Shown here one piece after another: positions 48,264 through 57,527 of a stretch of DNA of 64,000 bases. The notes beneath the pieces were generated by a model that was not told the DNA's origin, did no database searches, and saw only the letters and a program-made list of their open reading frames with translations. Made by a program: the position numbers and the translations under genes. The stretch's first letter is position 1, and each line of letters opens with the position of its first letter. The stretch is from Patescibacteria group bacterium (GTDB lineage: Bacteria; Patescibacteriota; Minisyncoccia; Phycocordibacterales; JBHPGB01): contig JBHPGB010000001.1 of assembly GCA_042571085.1 (NCBI GenBank), forward strand, positions 3,190 through 67,189, given 5' to 3'.

Positions 48264-48476
48264 TTATATTCTTGCGGAGAGGGTGAGTGAAAAGGCAAGT
48301 GTTGCCAAGAAGCCGACTACGACACTCGTTCCAAAAAATTGAAGAATTTTGTGGATGAACGGCTCATGAGGTTTTGGTGCCAGCTTATTGATGAGTGTTT
48401 GCCAAAGCTTCCCTCCCCAAACAAAAAATTTGTAAATGATATACAGGTGTTGTGCTTTGTTAATAATGTACTGCAC
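48264..48476 (-). CDS. Small hypothetical membrane protein
   Basis: 70 aa, C-terminal TM helix. Confidence 0.3.
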   Translation of the reverse strand: MQYIINKAQHLYIIYKFFVWGGKLWQTLINKLAPKPHEPFIHKILQFFGTSVVVGFLATLAFSLTLSARI

Positions 48477-48610
48477 TTGCTTCGTTCCTTATGTTTAAAG
48501 TTAAAAAAGTGTTAGTTCCCGCTATATTTATATCATAAGCACAGCCCTTTTGTATAGCCATATTTGGTGTATAATAGGGAAACCTTAAATCATCTAATAT
48601 TAAACACATT

Positions 48611-50536
48611 ATGAAAACAAATAATCAAAATAAAAGAAAAGGAAGAAAGAAAAAGCCAACGATGTGGCAGGCTTTTTTGGCGAATATTGTGAGCATCATA
48701 TTGGTGTTTGTGCTTATTATTTCCACATATTCTCTTTTAAGTGAGAATCAGAAAGATATTGAAAAAATTTCTATTTCAGATCTAGCAGGACAAATCGTTG
48801 ATGGTCGTGTGGAGAGTATTGTTGTTGAAGGAGAAAAATTGAAAATTACTAGTGTAGAGGAAATTGTGTTTGAATCTAAAAAAGAAACAGAGGCGGCACT
48901 TTCCGAAACACTTGCCAACTATGGTGTCACACCAGAGCATCTTGCCAGTGTAAATATTGAAATAAAAAATCCGAGCGGTCTTGGATATTGGCTAATGAAT
49001 CTCGCGCCATTCCTTTTTCCAATCATTTTCTTAGTATTTCTATTTTGGCTGCTTACCCGACAGGTGAAAGGTGCTGGTATGCAGGCATTTAGTTTTGGGC
49101 AAAGCAAGGCCCGTGTAATTGATCCAAAAGATAAAGGTCAAAAAATTACTTTTGCGAATGTTGCAGGTGTGAAAGAGGCCAAAGAAGAATTGAAAGAAAT
49201 TGTAGATTTTCTAAAAAACCCAAAGAAATTTATTGAAATTGGTGCACGTATTCCAAAGGGTGTGCTTTTGATGGGTGCACCAGGGACTGGTAAAACATTG
49301 CTCGCACGAGCGGTTGCCGGAGAGGCGAATGTGCCATTCTTCATTATCTCAGGATCTGAATTTGTGGAGATGTTTGTGGGGGTTGGAGCAAGTCGTGTGA
49401 GAGATCTTTTTAAAATGGCGAAAAAATCAGCACCTGCAATTATATTTATTGATGAGATAGATGCCGTGGGACGTGTTCGTGGCGCTGGTATGGGTGGAGG
49501 AAATGATGAGCGCGAACAAACTCTTAATCAAATTTTGGTTGAGATGGATGGTTTTGAGCCACAAGAAAAAGTAATCGTAATGGCAGCAACAAACAGGCCA
49601 GACGTACTTGATCCCGCACTTTCTCGCCCAGGAAGATTTGATCGTCGAGTGACTCTTGATTTACCTGACCGTAATGACCGTGAGGAAATTTTGAAAATTC
49701 ACGCAGTTAAAAAACCATTTGCTGAGGATGTGGACTTGCGCGTGATCGCTGAGCGCACACCTGGATTTTCAGGAGCTGATTTATACTCGCTTATGAATGA
49801 GGGAGCAATTTTGGCAGCGCGTGAAGATCGTAAAAAAGTTTCACAGTTTGATTTGATCCGTTCTATTGAAAAGGTAATGCTTGGCCCTGAGCGTAAGAGT
49901 CATATACTTTCTAAAAAAGAAAAAGAAATTACCGCATATCATGAAGCGGGACATGCGCTTGTGTCTTCAGTGCTTCCTTATGCTGATCCTGTACACAAGA
50001 TTTCTATTATTGCGCGTGGACGTGCAGGTGGATATACATTGAAGCTTCCAATTGAAGAGAGAAAGCTGCAATCAAAGAAAGAGTTTCTTGATGATATTGC
50101 GATGTCGCTTGGTGGTTATGCTGCTGAAAAAATGATATTTGGTGATATTACTACAGGACCATCAAATGATTTACAGGTTTCTACTGCGCTTGCACGAGCG
50201 ATGGTGACACGCTGGGGAATGAGTGACGAGCTTGGTCCTGTGGCGCTTGAGGGTTCTGGCGGAAAAGCGATGTTTGGGAGAGGTTTAGATGGCAAGGAGT
50301 ATTCAGAGAAAGTGAGTGCAGATATTGATCGAGAAGTTTCAAAAATTATGAATGAAGGTATTACACGTGCCACACAAACCCTGACTGATCATCGCAAAGC
50401 ACTTGAGGCAATTGCAAAGAAGCTTATTGAGGTGGAAACAATTGAACGAGAAGATTTTGAAAAGCTTTTGGTTGCAAATGGGATTACCCTGAAAGAAGAC
50501 ACAGATAAATCAAGCCCTTTACAAGATACTAAATAA
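48611..50536 (+). CDS. ftsH: ATP-dependent zinc metalloprotease FtsH
   Basis: Walker A GPPGTGKT, SRH, HEAGH zinc site; 641 aa. Confidence 0.95.
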   Translation: MKTNNQNKRKGRKKKPTMWQAFLANIVSIILVFVLIISTYSLLSENQKDIEKISISDLAGQIVDGRVESIVVEGEKLKITSVEEIVFESKKETEAALSETLANYGVTPEHLASVNIEIKNPSGLGYWLMNLAPFLFPIIFLVFLFWLLTRQVKGAGMQAFSFGQSKARVIDPKDKGQKITFANVAGVKEAKEELKEIVDFLKNPKKFIEIGARIPKGVLLMGAPGTGKTLLARAVAGEANVPFFIISGSEFVEMFVGVGASRVRDLFKMAKKSAPAIIFIDEIDAVGRVRGAGMGGGNDEREQTLNQILVEMDGFEPQEKVIVMAATNRPDVLDPALSRPGRFDRRVTLDLPDRNDREEILKIHAVKKPFAEDVDLRVIAERTPGFSGADLYSLMNEGAILAAREDRKKVSQFDLIRSIEKVMLGPERKSHILSKKEKEITAYHEAGHALVSSVLPYADPVHKISIIARGRAGGYTLKLPIEERKLQSKKEFLDDIAMSLGGYAAEKMIFGDITTGPSNDLQVSTALARAMVTRWGMSDELGPVALEGSGGKAMFGRGLDGKEYSEKVSADIDREVSKIMNEGITRATQTLTDHRKALEAIAKKLIEVETIEREDFEKLLVANGITLKEDTDKSSPLQDTK

Positions 50537-50555
50537 GTTTTATTATCATTGTATT

Positions 50556-50586
50556 GCGCGTAAGCGGCATTGGTAGAGCGCAGAAG
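50556..50586 (+). pseudogene. Degenerate 5' half of a tRNA paralog (to anticodon stem), interrupted by IR-bounded insert
   Basis: GCGCGTAagcggcaTTGGTAGAGCGCAGAag vs intact GCGCGTAtagctcagTTGGTAGAGCGCAGAgc. Confidence 0.5.
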
Positions 50587-50605
50587 TATATCAAAATAAT
50601 TTTAA
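50587..50605. repeat. Left 19-bp perfect inverted repeat TATATCAAAATAATTTTAA flanking the tRNA
   Basis: Exact reverse complement at 50719-50737. Confidence 0.8.
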
Positions 50606-50627
50606 AATAATATATGGAAATATGAGT

Positions 50628-50700
50628 GCGCGTATAGCTCAGTTGGTAGAGCGCAGAGCTTATACCTCTGTGGTCCTAGGTTCAAGTCCTAGTGCGCGCA
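50628..50700 (+). tRNA. tRNA with anticodon UAU (tRNA-Ile decoding AUA by anticodon; 73 nt, no encoded CCA)
   Basis: Cloverleaf: acceptor GCGCGTA/TGCGCGC, D-arm GCTC-AGTTGGTA-GAGC, anticodon stem CAGAG/CTCTG loop CTTATAC, T-arm CTAGG-TTCAAGT-CCTAG. Confidence 0.85.
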
Positions 50701-50718
50701 CTCATCATTTCATATAGA

Positions 50719-50737
50719 TTAAAATTATTTTGATATA
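50719..50737. repeat. Right 19-bp perfect inverted repeat TTAAAATTATTTTGATATA
   Basis: Reverse complement of 50587-50605. Confidence 0.8.
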
Positions 50738-50763
50738 CCTCTGTGGCCCTAGGTCTCCCTGAG
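50738..50763 (+). pseudogene. Degenerate 3' portion of the interrupted tRNA paralog
   Basis: taCCTCTGTGGcCCTAGGTctccc vs intact taCCTCTGTGGtCCTAGGTtcaag. Confidence 0.45.
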
Positions 50764-51082
50764 AATGGGTATCAAAACAAAACTGGAGCTATGGCTCCGG
50801 TTTTGTTTTGCATATAAAAAATAAGGCGAATCATGGATATGTTCGCCTTATGTAATTACGCTATATACAATTATTTTTTCGGCTTGTGTTTAAACAAAAA
50901 TTTAATAAACAAGCCAAGTAAAAACCAGATAGAGATTATTAGAAACCAAGGTATCAACCATGGTTTTTTTATACAACCAATGCCTGATTTACTAGATCGA
51001 TGTCTTTTGATAGGAAGATCTTTCACGACGTATCCCCCTTATAGAACATACATGATTTAATTGTACAACATTTACTACCAAA

Positions 51083-53257
51083 TTACTCAAGGTGTATTTC
51101 GGTGTTGCGGGTTTTGAGTTGCTCGGCTATTTTTGGATGGCCTATTAGCTCCGGATCTTCTCCAAGAAGCTTTTGCGCCTCCGTACGAGCAGCTTCTACC
51201 ATTTTTATATTCTTAATCGCTTCCATACCGATATCTGATACACCCCACTGTTTATTTCCAGCGAGTTCGCCAGCGCCACGCAGTTGCAAATCAAGTTCAG
51301 AAAGCTCAAAACCATTTTTTGCCTTACTTAATGCCTCCAATCTCTGAAGAGCTTGTTTTGAATTTGAATTATCACTCGTAAATAAATAGCAGTATGATTG
51401 ATGTGTACTTCGCAGAACCCTACCACGCAATTGATGAAGCTGCGCTAAACCAAAGCGCTCGGCTCCTTCAATAATTATTACCGTTGCGTTTGGTACATTC
51501 ACACCTACTTCCACAACAGAAGTCGCAACCAAGATGTCAATTTCACCATTTGCATAGTCTGCCATCACCTCATCTTTTTCTTTTGGAGTCATCTTGCCAT
51601 GTAGAATTTCTATATTTTTATCTTTAAATACTTTTTCTTTTAGGCGCTCGGCTTCTGCTTTGACTGATTTAAGTCGCAGAGCAGATTCTTTTTCTGGGTC
51701 TGGCTCATCAATACGAGCGCAAATCACATAGACTTGTCGTCCTGCATCCATTTCTTTTTTAATTTCATCGTATCTTTTTTCTCGTTTTGTTGGTGGGACT
51801 ATTTCCGTGATTACCTTTTTTCTTCCTGCTGGCATTTCATCAAGTATTGTTAAATCCAAGTCGCCATAAATAGTTAAAGCAAGTGTGCGAGGAATTGGTG
51901 TGGCTGTCATCGACAACAAATGAGGTATACGCTTATCTTTCTGCGGCAACTTTGCTCTTTGGTTTGTGCCGAAGCGGTGTTGTTCATCAATAATTACATA
52001 TGCTAAATCTTTAAATTCTACCGTCTTTTGAATAAGTGCATGTGTACCAATAAGTATTGGGATTTCTCCGTTGGCAACCCATTTTAAAAGTTGGGCTCGA
52101 GAAATTTTTGTCCAAGTACTTGGATCATTTTTTGAAGGGAATTTTCTACAGCCGCTCCCTGTAATTAAACCGATTTGAATAGGGAGGTGTTTAAAATATT
52201 CGATAAAAGATTCATATAATTGAGTCGCTAATATTTCCGTGGGTGCCATGTATGCAACTTGTAGATTTCCGAAATCTTGTCCATTTGGACGGGTGCTGAT
52301 TACTGCATATGCAGTGGCTGCTGCAACAGCTGTTTTACCAGACCCCACATCACCCTCGAGCAGACGGCTCATTGGTTCGTTTTTAGAAAAGTCATTCAGT
52401 ATTTGATTAATTGCATTATCTTGCGCGTTTGTTAGTGGGAAATCAAATCGATCCAAAAATTCCTTTTTGTCATTTTCTTGTGCATTAATTATGTATGATG
52501 GATTACTTTTGTATTCTTTTCTCGCAATTTGTCGAGTTAATTGAATAAAGAAAATTTCTTCAAAGGCAAAACGCTTGCGCGCTGCCTGTGCATCCGCATC
52601 ATTTTTAGGCATATGAATCCACACAAGCGCTGTTTGCAAGCTAGGCAAATTATATTTTTTCAGTATTTCAGATGGGATTGGGTCTTTTAATTGTTCTGGA
52701 ATTTTATGCGCAATTATTTTTTGTATTGCATGATAAAACCAGCGGCTTGTGATGCCGCGGCGCTCGGGATACACAGCGTAGGCATATATCTCTGACTCAT
52801 CACTATTATCTTTTTTGAAAATAGAATCCCCGACATCAATCGGCAATTCTTTTGTTTGTTCAAACTCAGGATTGGCGAGATAGAGCGTGCCACTTTTTTG
52901 CTTCGTAACTTTACCAGCAAGTTTTACAAACTGATCTTTCTTGAGCATTTTTGCAGCATAGGGTTGATTAAACCACGTCGCTTTTATTTTCCCGGTCTTG
53001 TCTTCAATCGTAACCTCACCAATAGGAATTTTTGTGCGATATGCTTTGCTCATTTTAGTATTTAAAACTTTCCCGTATACAACAGCCTCATCATGCTCAC
53101 GTAAGTCCGCAATATTTTTTATTTCAGAGATATGATTATAGCGAGTAGGGAAATGGTATAGCAGGTCTTGCACGGTTGTAATGCCGAGTTTTGTCAGCGC
53201 CTTTTTCTGCTCTGACTTTAAGCGAAAGTGTTTTTCTGTTAGGTCCGTTGGAGTCAT
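51083..53257 (-). CDS. recG: ATP-dependent DNA helicase RecG
   Basis: 724 aa; wedge domain, Walker A GDVGSGKT, DEQH box, helicase C motifs. Confidence 0.93.
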   Translation of the reverse strand: MTPTDLTEKHFRLKSEQKKALTKLGITTVQDLLYHFPTRYNHISEIKNIADLREHDEAVVYGKVLNTKMSKAYRTKIPIGEVTIEDKTGKIKATWFNQPYAAKMLKKDQFVKLAGKVTKQKSGTLYLANPEFEQTKELPIDVGDSIFKKDNSDESEIYAYAVYPERRGITSRWFYHAIQKIIAHKIPEQLKDPIPSEILKKYNLPSLQTALVWIHMPKNDADAQAARKRFAFEEIFFIQLTRQIARKEYKSNPSYIINAQENDKKEFLDRFDFPLTNAQDNAINQILNDFSKNEPMSRLLEGDVGSGKTAVAAATAYAVISTRPNGQDFGNLQVAYMAPTEILATQLYESFIEYFKHLPIQIGLITGSGCRKFPSKNDPSTWTKISRAQLLKWVANGEIPILIGTHALIQKTVEFKDLAYVIIDEQHRFGTNQRAKLPQKDKRIPHLLSMTATPIPRTLALTIYGDLDLTILDEMPAGRKKVITEIVPPTKREKRYDEIKKEMDAGRQVYVICARIDEPDPEKESALRLKSVKAEAERLKEKVFKDKNIEILHGKMTPKEKDEVMADYANGEIDILVATSVVEVGVNVPNATVIIIEGAERFGLAQLHQLRGRVLRSTHQSYCYLFTSDNSNSKQALQRLEALSKAKNGFELSELDLQLRGAGELAGNKQWGVSDIGMEAIKNIKMVEAARTEAQKLLGEDPELIGHPKIAEQLKTRNTEIHLE

Positions 53258-53367
53258 GATGGGTATTATATCACGTCGTTTATTAATGATGTGAGAACTT
53301 GATATTTACCGTGTGTCTGGTAATGTGGACTGCAGATATAATCTATAGGCAATTATGGAGAACGCTG

Positions 53368-53772
53368 ATGAATAAGGTTATTGTTATTGTAAATAATGGA
53401 AGACTCATTGCAGAAAGGATTGCAACTGTTCTCGCCAAAGAGCTGTTGGGTGATGTTAATAAAAAACATCTTATATTATGTAGGAGCAATAGTTATCTTC
53501 AAATGTATTTTGCCAAATGGATCACTGTTAGTTGGGATTTCTTTGGATTGGCTTATGTAATAAGGTTTGATACTGAAGATCCTGACTCTGTTTGTGTCGA
53601 TAGTGAGATGCTTGAAAAAATCAAGACAGAAGTGTGCATCAAGTGTGACATCTGTGAACTAAATGGAATTAGTATTACTGATGAGCATGATGATATTGAA
53701 GCTCTTATGATAGACGAAGCCCAAAATGGTGATGAGGCTGTGCTTATTGGGCGTCCTGATACAGAAAAATAA
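53368..53772 (+). CDS. Hypothetical protein (start at internal Met)
   Basis: 134 aa acidic C-terminus; followed by GC hairpin terminator at 53786-53812. Confidence 0.4.
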   Translation: MNKVIVIVNNGRLIAERIATVLAKELLGDVNKKHLILCRSNSYLQMYFAKWITVSWDFFGLAYVIRFDTEDPDSVCVDSEMLEKIKTEVCIKCDICELNGISITDEHDDIEALMIDEAQNGDEAVLIGRPDTEK

Positions 53773-53869
53773 TCCTTTTTTTCAGCAGCGCGCTCTGCGC
53801 GCTGCTGAAAACAGACTCGCTTTAATAGCGGGTTTTTTGTTTAAGTAATTTTAGTATATACTATCTAAC

Positions 53870-54655
53870 ATGACAGAAATCTATATTTATACATTTGCAA
53901 GCGTTTTCATTGTGAGTTTGATTTCACTTATTGGAGCAATTGCAATTTCCATGAGCAAGCGTTTTTTGGGCCTCATTGTGCCTGTATTGGTAAGTCTTGC
54001 TGCTGGAGCATTGTTGGGTGATGCTTTTATTCACCTCATACCTGAAGCGTTTGAAGAAAGTGAAAGTTCTTTAGTAATTTCTCTGTTGATAATTCTTGGT
54101 ATATTGGTATTTTTTGTTTTTGAAAAATTTTTACACTGGCACCACTCACATGGAGAGAGTGATATAGATGAATATTGCGATTGCGATCATGTGGACGAAG
54201 AAGGAAGGGTGCGTCCAGTAGGTCGTATGGTCCTCGTGTCAGATGCATTTCATAATTTTATAGATGGTTTGATTATTGCTGCAAGCTTTCTTGTGTCTGT
54301 GCCGGTTGGAATTGCGACAACAATTGCAATTTTATTTCATGAAATACCGCAAGAGCTTGGAGATTTTGGTGTGCTTTTGCATGCTGGGTACTCAAAGAAG
54401 AAGGCTTTGTTTATGAATTTCCTTTCAGCGGTAACAGCGTTTCTCGGTGCTGCTACTGTACTCTTTTTTGGATCGGTGGTGGAGGGTGCAATAATATGGC
54501 TTATCCCTATTGCTGCCGGAGGCTTCATTTATATTGCGGCAGTGGATTTGATCCCAGAACTGCACAAAACAACAGAGGTTAAACGATCATTGCTGCAATT
54601 TTTTGCTTTCTTGATTGGTATCATAGCTATGATGGCTCTCATGCTTCTAGAATAA
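53870..54655 (+). CDS. ZIP-family metal (Zn/Fe) transporter
   Basis: HNFIDGLIIAASF and HEIPQELGDFGVLL signature; His-rich loop. Confidence 0.85.
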   Translation: MTEIYIYTFASVFIVSLISLIGAIAISMSKRFLGLIVPVLVSLAAGALLGDAFIHLIPEAFEESESSLVISLLIILGILVFFVFEKFLHWHHSHGESDIDEYCDCDHVDEEGRVRPVGRMVLVSDAFHNFIDGLIIAASFLVSVPVGIATTIAILFHEIPQELGDFGVLLHAGYSKKKALFMNFLSAVTAFLGAATVLFFGSVVEGAIIWLIPIAAGGFIYIAAVDLIPELHKTTEVKRSLLQFFAFLIGIIAMMALMLLE

Positions 54656-54656
54656 T

Positions 54657-55451
54657 ATGAAACAAAGTAACAAAAAAACCATATTATTTGTTCATGGCAT
54701 TATGGTTGGTGGATGGTGCTGGGATAAATACAAAAAATTTTTTGAAGAACGTGGATATAGATGCATCGCACCGAATTTACGTTATCACGACGGTGGCCAA
54801 AGCGTGAAACCAGATTCACGACTCGGGTCACTAAGTATACTTGATTATGTGGATGATTTGGAAAAAGAAATTCGCGCACTCAATTTACCACGCGGTGAAA
54901 AGCCAATCATTATCGGACACTCAATGGGAGGGCTTTTGCTGCAAAAGCTTGCAGAGCGGGGATTAGCCGAAATCGCTATTGCTATTGCGCCAGCTCCTCC
55001 AAGAGGAATATCACCAATATCAAGATTCACACTCAAAAACTTTTTTGGAATGAGGATACCGTTCACATTTTGGAAAAGCCCTATCGGAATTACTTTTAAT
55101 GGGCTAAAGTTTATGGCGCTTGAGTTTACACCACCTGAAGAACAAAAAACTGTATTTGAAAAAACAGGATATGAATCAGGTCGTGTCATGCTGGAGCTTT
55201 CACTATCATTTCTGGATCCACACAAGACTATAGGGGTTGATGAGAAAAAGGTTGCTTGCCCGATGCTTGTTATGTCTGCAGAAAATGACAAAATTTTAGT
55301 CCCTGCTACTGTGAAGAAAATTGCTAAGAAATATAATGCAGAGTATAAAAATTTCCCTGGTCATGCTCACTGGATTATTTCAGAGCCAAATTGGGAAGAG
55401 GGGGCAGAGTATGCTTATGACTGGATCGTAAAGAATGGGGATGAGTCATAA
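54657..55451 (+). CDS. Alpha/beta-hydrolase fold protein
   Basis: GHSMGG nucleophile elbow; C-terminal His. Confidence 0.8.
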   Translation: MKQSNKKTILFVHGIMVGGWCWDKYKKFFEERGYRCIAPNLRYHDGGQSVKPDSRLGSLSILDYVDDLEKEIRALNLPRGEKPIIIGHSMGGLLLQKLAERGLAEIAIAIAPAPPRGISPISRFTLKNFFGMRIPFTFWKSPIGITFNGLKFMALEFTPPEEQKTVFEKTGYESGRVMLELSLSFLDPHKTIGVDEKKVACPMLVMSAENDKILVPATVKKIAKKYNAEYKNFPGHAHWIISEPNWEEGAEYAYDWIVKNGDES

Positions 55452-55545
55452 TTAAACCCGGCTATATTGAATAATCACTACACTGTTGACAAAACTGCCT
55501 ATGAGATGTATTCTCAAGGCAGCTTAGTTTTTTAAATAATTAGAC

Positions 55546-56085
55546 ATGGGGGATATAATCATGCTTACGCGACTTTTTGTTGTTTTGGGAGTACTTATTC
55601 TGGTTCCGGGGTGTGCTGCTATGCAGGACACAATGCAAACAATCAGTAATGATCACAGCCATGGTGTTGTAAAAGAGGTTGTGGTATCGTCTGATGTGCA
55701 GGAGAAAAACAGACTGCTCGGCAGTTTCGACAAATCCCGGAGAGGTTTTTTGGGGAGGTTTCCAATAAAAGATCTGAGGTTGATTGTCGGGCAATTTGAT
55801 AAATCATTCGCGATTAAGCTTGAAGAAGATTCAGAAATATCTAAAGAATGGCCATCTGTCATTTATGATGATAAGGATAATAAGCTCGAGTTGCACTACG
55901 ATAATAAACTCACTGTGCAAAGAGAAGGGGACTATTGTGTGGCGTTTACACTGACCATGGAGAAGGTTGGTGGTGCTGCTCATTTGTATAGAGCACACGA
56001 ACAATATGCGTATAGAAACAAGGCTGGTGTCTGGAGTAGTTTAAAAAGCTACTCAATCCATCATTGGTGTTATAAGGATTCTTAA
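55546..56085 (+). CDS. Putative lipoprotein
   Basis: Signal peptide with lipobox LVPGC. Confidence 0.5.
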   Translation: MGDIIMLTRLFVVLGVLILVPGCAAMQDTMQTISNDHSHGVVKEVVVSSDVQEKNRLLGSFDKSRRGFLGRFPIKDLRLIVGQFDKSFAIKLEEDSEISKEWPSVIYDDKDNKLELHYDNKLTVQREGDYCVAFTLTMEKVGGAAHLYRAHEQYAYRNKAGVWSSLKSYSIHHWCYKDS

Positions 56086-56167
56086 CACAAAAATTCCACC
56101 AAGTTCAAAGGGGCAGGATTTATATCCGGCCCCTTTTTTGTATGACGTAATTGGTAGATAAAATGCA

Positions 56168-56197
56168 GTGCGGAGAGTGAGGGATTCGCCCCTCACA
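56168..56197 (-). repeat. Degenerate copy of tRNA-Ser 3' end (T-arm with 6-nt loop + acceptor + 3' flank)
   Basis: GAGGGgcgaatCCCTCACTCTCCGCACTG vs intact GAGGGttcgaatCCCTCACTCTCCGCACTG. Confidence 0.6.
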
Positions 56198-56264
56198 AAT
56201 CAAAGATTTGTTCCGAAACGCACTGTAAATATATTCGCTCCGCTCATTATTTACAGGCGCCTAC

Positions 56265-56285
56265 GGTTCGAATCCCTCACTCTCC
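56265..56285 (+). repeat. Inverted-orientation copy of tRNA-Ser 3' end
   Basis: GGTTCGAATCCCTCACTCTCC on + strand. Confidence 0.6.
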
Positions 56286-56353
56286 TTTATACGTTGTTGC
56301 GAAAATATTATTAATCGAGCAGTGTTTCGAAGACTGGTAAATAAACTACAGTG

Positions 56354-56440
56354 CGGAGAGTGAGGGATTCGAACCCTCGGTCCGTTTTCACGAACACATC
56401 CTTAGCAGGGATGCGCTTTCGACCACTCAGCCAACTCTCC
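56354..56440 (-). tRNA. tRNA-Ser (anticodon GCU), class II with long variable arm
   Basis: GGAGAGT-TG-GCT-GAGTGGTCGAA-AGC-G-CATCC-CTGCTAA-GGATG-TGTTCGTGAAAACGGACC-GAGGG-TTCGAAT-CCCTC-ACTCTCC-G. Confidence 0.88.
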
Positions 56441-56574
56441 GCACTATATTCTATTATTTAATTTTTGTTTTGTTCGGGATTCTCTCCATGGCTTGGCAGG
56501 GTAGAGATACTCTTTCGAACCCTAAAGGACTGCTGTTTGCAAATCAATCGCTTCGCTCTTGAGCAAACAGGGAG

Positions 56575-56591
56575 CACTCAGCCAACTCTCC
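56575..56591 (-). repeat. Isolated copy of tRNA-Ser 5' 17 nt (GGAGAGTTGGCTGAGTG) followed by unrelated hairpin
   Basis: Exact match to tRNA-Ser positions 1-17; remainder does not fold as tRNA. Confidence 0.55.
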
Positions 56592-56683
56592 AAATTAACC
56601 AATAACAATACGTTTGTAGTTGATTTAATAGGCAAAATATAGCATGTTTTTGCCTGTTTATCCATACTTTGGAGATGCTGTTT

Positions 56684-57409
56684 TTAATGCGCAATTGTGA
56701 AAGCTGTCACTTTTTTTGCACCAGATTTTTTCAAAACACGCTTCGCTTCTCTAAGAGTGGCGCCGGTTGTTACAACATCATCTATCAGAATAATATTTCG
56801 CCCTAGCACGCGCTCGGGATTTTTTACCTCAAAACATCCGTGTAAATTTTGCAGGCGCTTTTTTCTGTCTTTTATCTCCATTTGATTTTTTGTGTCCCTT
56901 GTCTTGTAAAGGACATCTTTTTCAAGTTTGAAAGATGAATCATCTATAAAAGACAAATGTTTTGCTATAAGGGCAGATTGGTTATATCCGCGCTTAGCTA
57001 AGCCCTTTGTTGATAGGGGGATTGGAATTATCAATGGTCGTTCCATGCTACCAAATGTGTGCATGTCTTGTAATTCATCAAGAATGTGTTCATACAAAAG
57101 CTCAGCCAACGGCTCAGCAAACATAGTCTTCTCGCGGTATTTTAATCTCCAGATTACTTTTTTTATAATTTTATTTCTGTAGTCAAATAGTGGATATATC
57201 CATGAGTATTTTTGGGGCGCTATTGTGCGCGTAATTTTTGCGGCACAATCATTACATAATATTTCGTTGTATTTTTTGCATCCAATACAAAAAACTGGAA
57301 ATAAAAAATTTAGAAATCCATTGTATGTTGGAAAAACATGTTTCTTTAAAAAGCTTTTCATTATATAATAGTATAGCCCCTTCAAAATAAATTCGCACAT
57401 TTTTGTCAT
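56684..57409 (-). CDS. comFC: ComF-family competence protein (double zinc ribbon + phosphoribosyltransferase domain)
   Basis: N-terminal CxxC pairs; PRTase motif IILIDDVVTTGAT. Confidence 0.85.
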   Translation of the reverse strand: MTKMCEFILKGLYYYIMKSFLKKHVFPTYNGFLNFLFPVFCIGCKKYNEILCNDCAAKITRTIAPQKYSWIYPLFDYRNKIIKKVIWRLKYREKTMFAEPLAELLYEHILDELQDMHTFGSMERPLIIPIPLSTKGLAKRGYNQSALIAKHLSFIDDSSFKLEKDVLYKTRDTKNQMEIKDRKKRLQNLHGCFEVKNPERVLGRNIILIDDVVTTGATLREAKRVLKKSGAKKVTAFTIAH

Positions 57410-57432
57410 ATATTTTCGTCTGTATCACACTG

Positions 57433-57465
57433 ATTCAAAATTCAATGTAGCTAAGGCTATATCTC
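57433..57465 (-). promoter_or_regulatory. Inverted copy of the 33-bp ndk-upstream motif, here upstream of comFC in the comFC/pilM divergent region
   Basis: GAGATATAGCCTTAGCTACATTGAaTTTTGAAT on minus strand. Confidence 0.6.
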
Positions 57466-57527
57466 ATTTCTCATCAGCACAATACAAACAAAAATCTATT
57501 GCCAAAAATACACTAATTTATTTTGAA

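Noticed and set aside
48264-48476. Small membrane-protein ORF between smpB and ftsH
   Set aside because: Not fully rejected but kept at low confidence: no RBS recognised and it could be part of the ftsH promoter region.
56460-56600. Third functional tRNA-Ser-like gene on the minus strand
   Set aside because: Only the first 17 nt match tRNA-Ser. The remainder forms an unrelated 7-bp hairpin with a 21-nt loop and has no T-arm or acceptor 3' strand.
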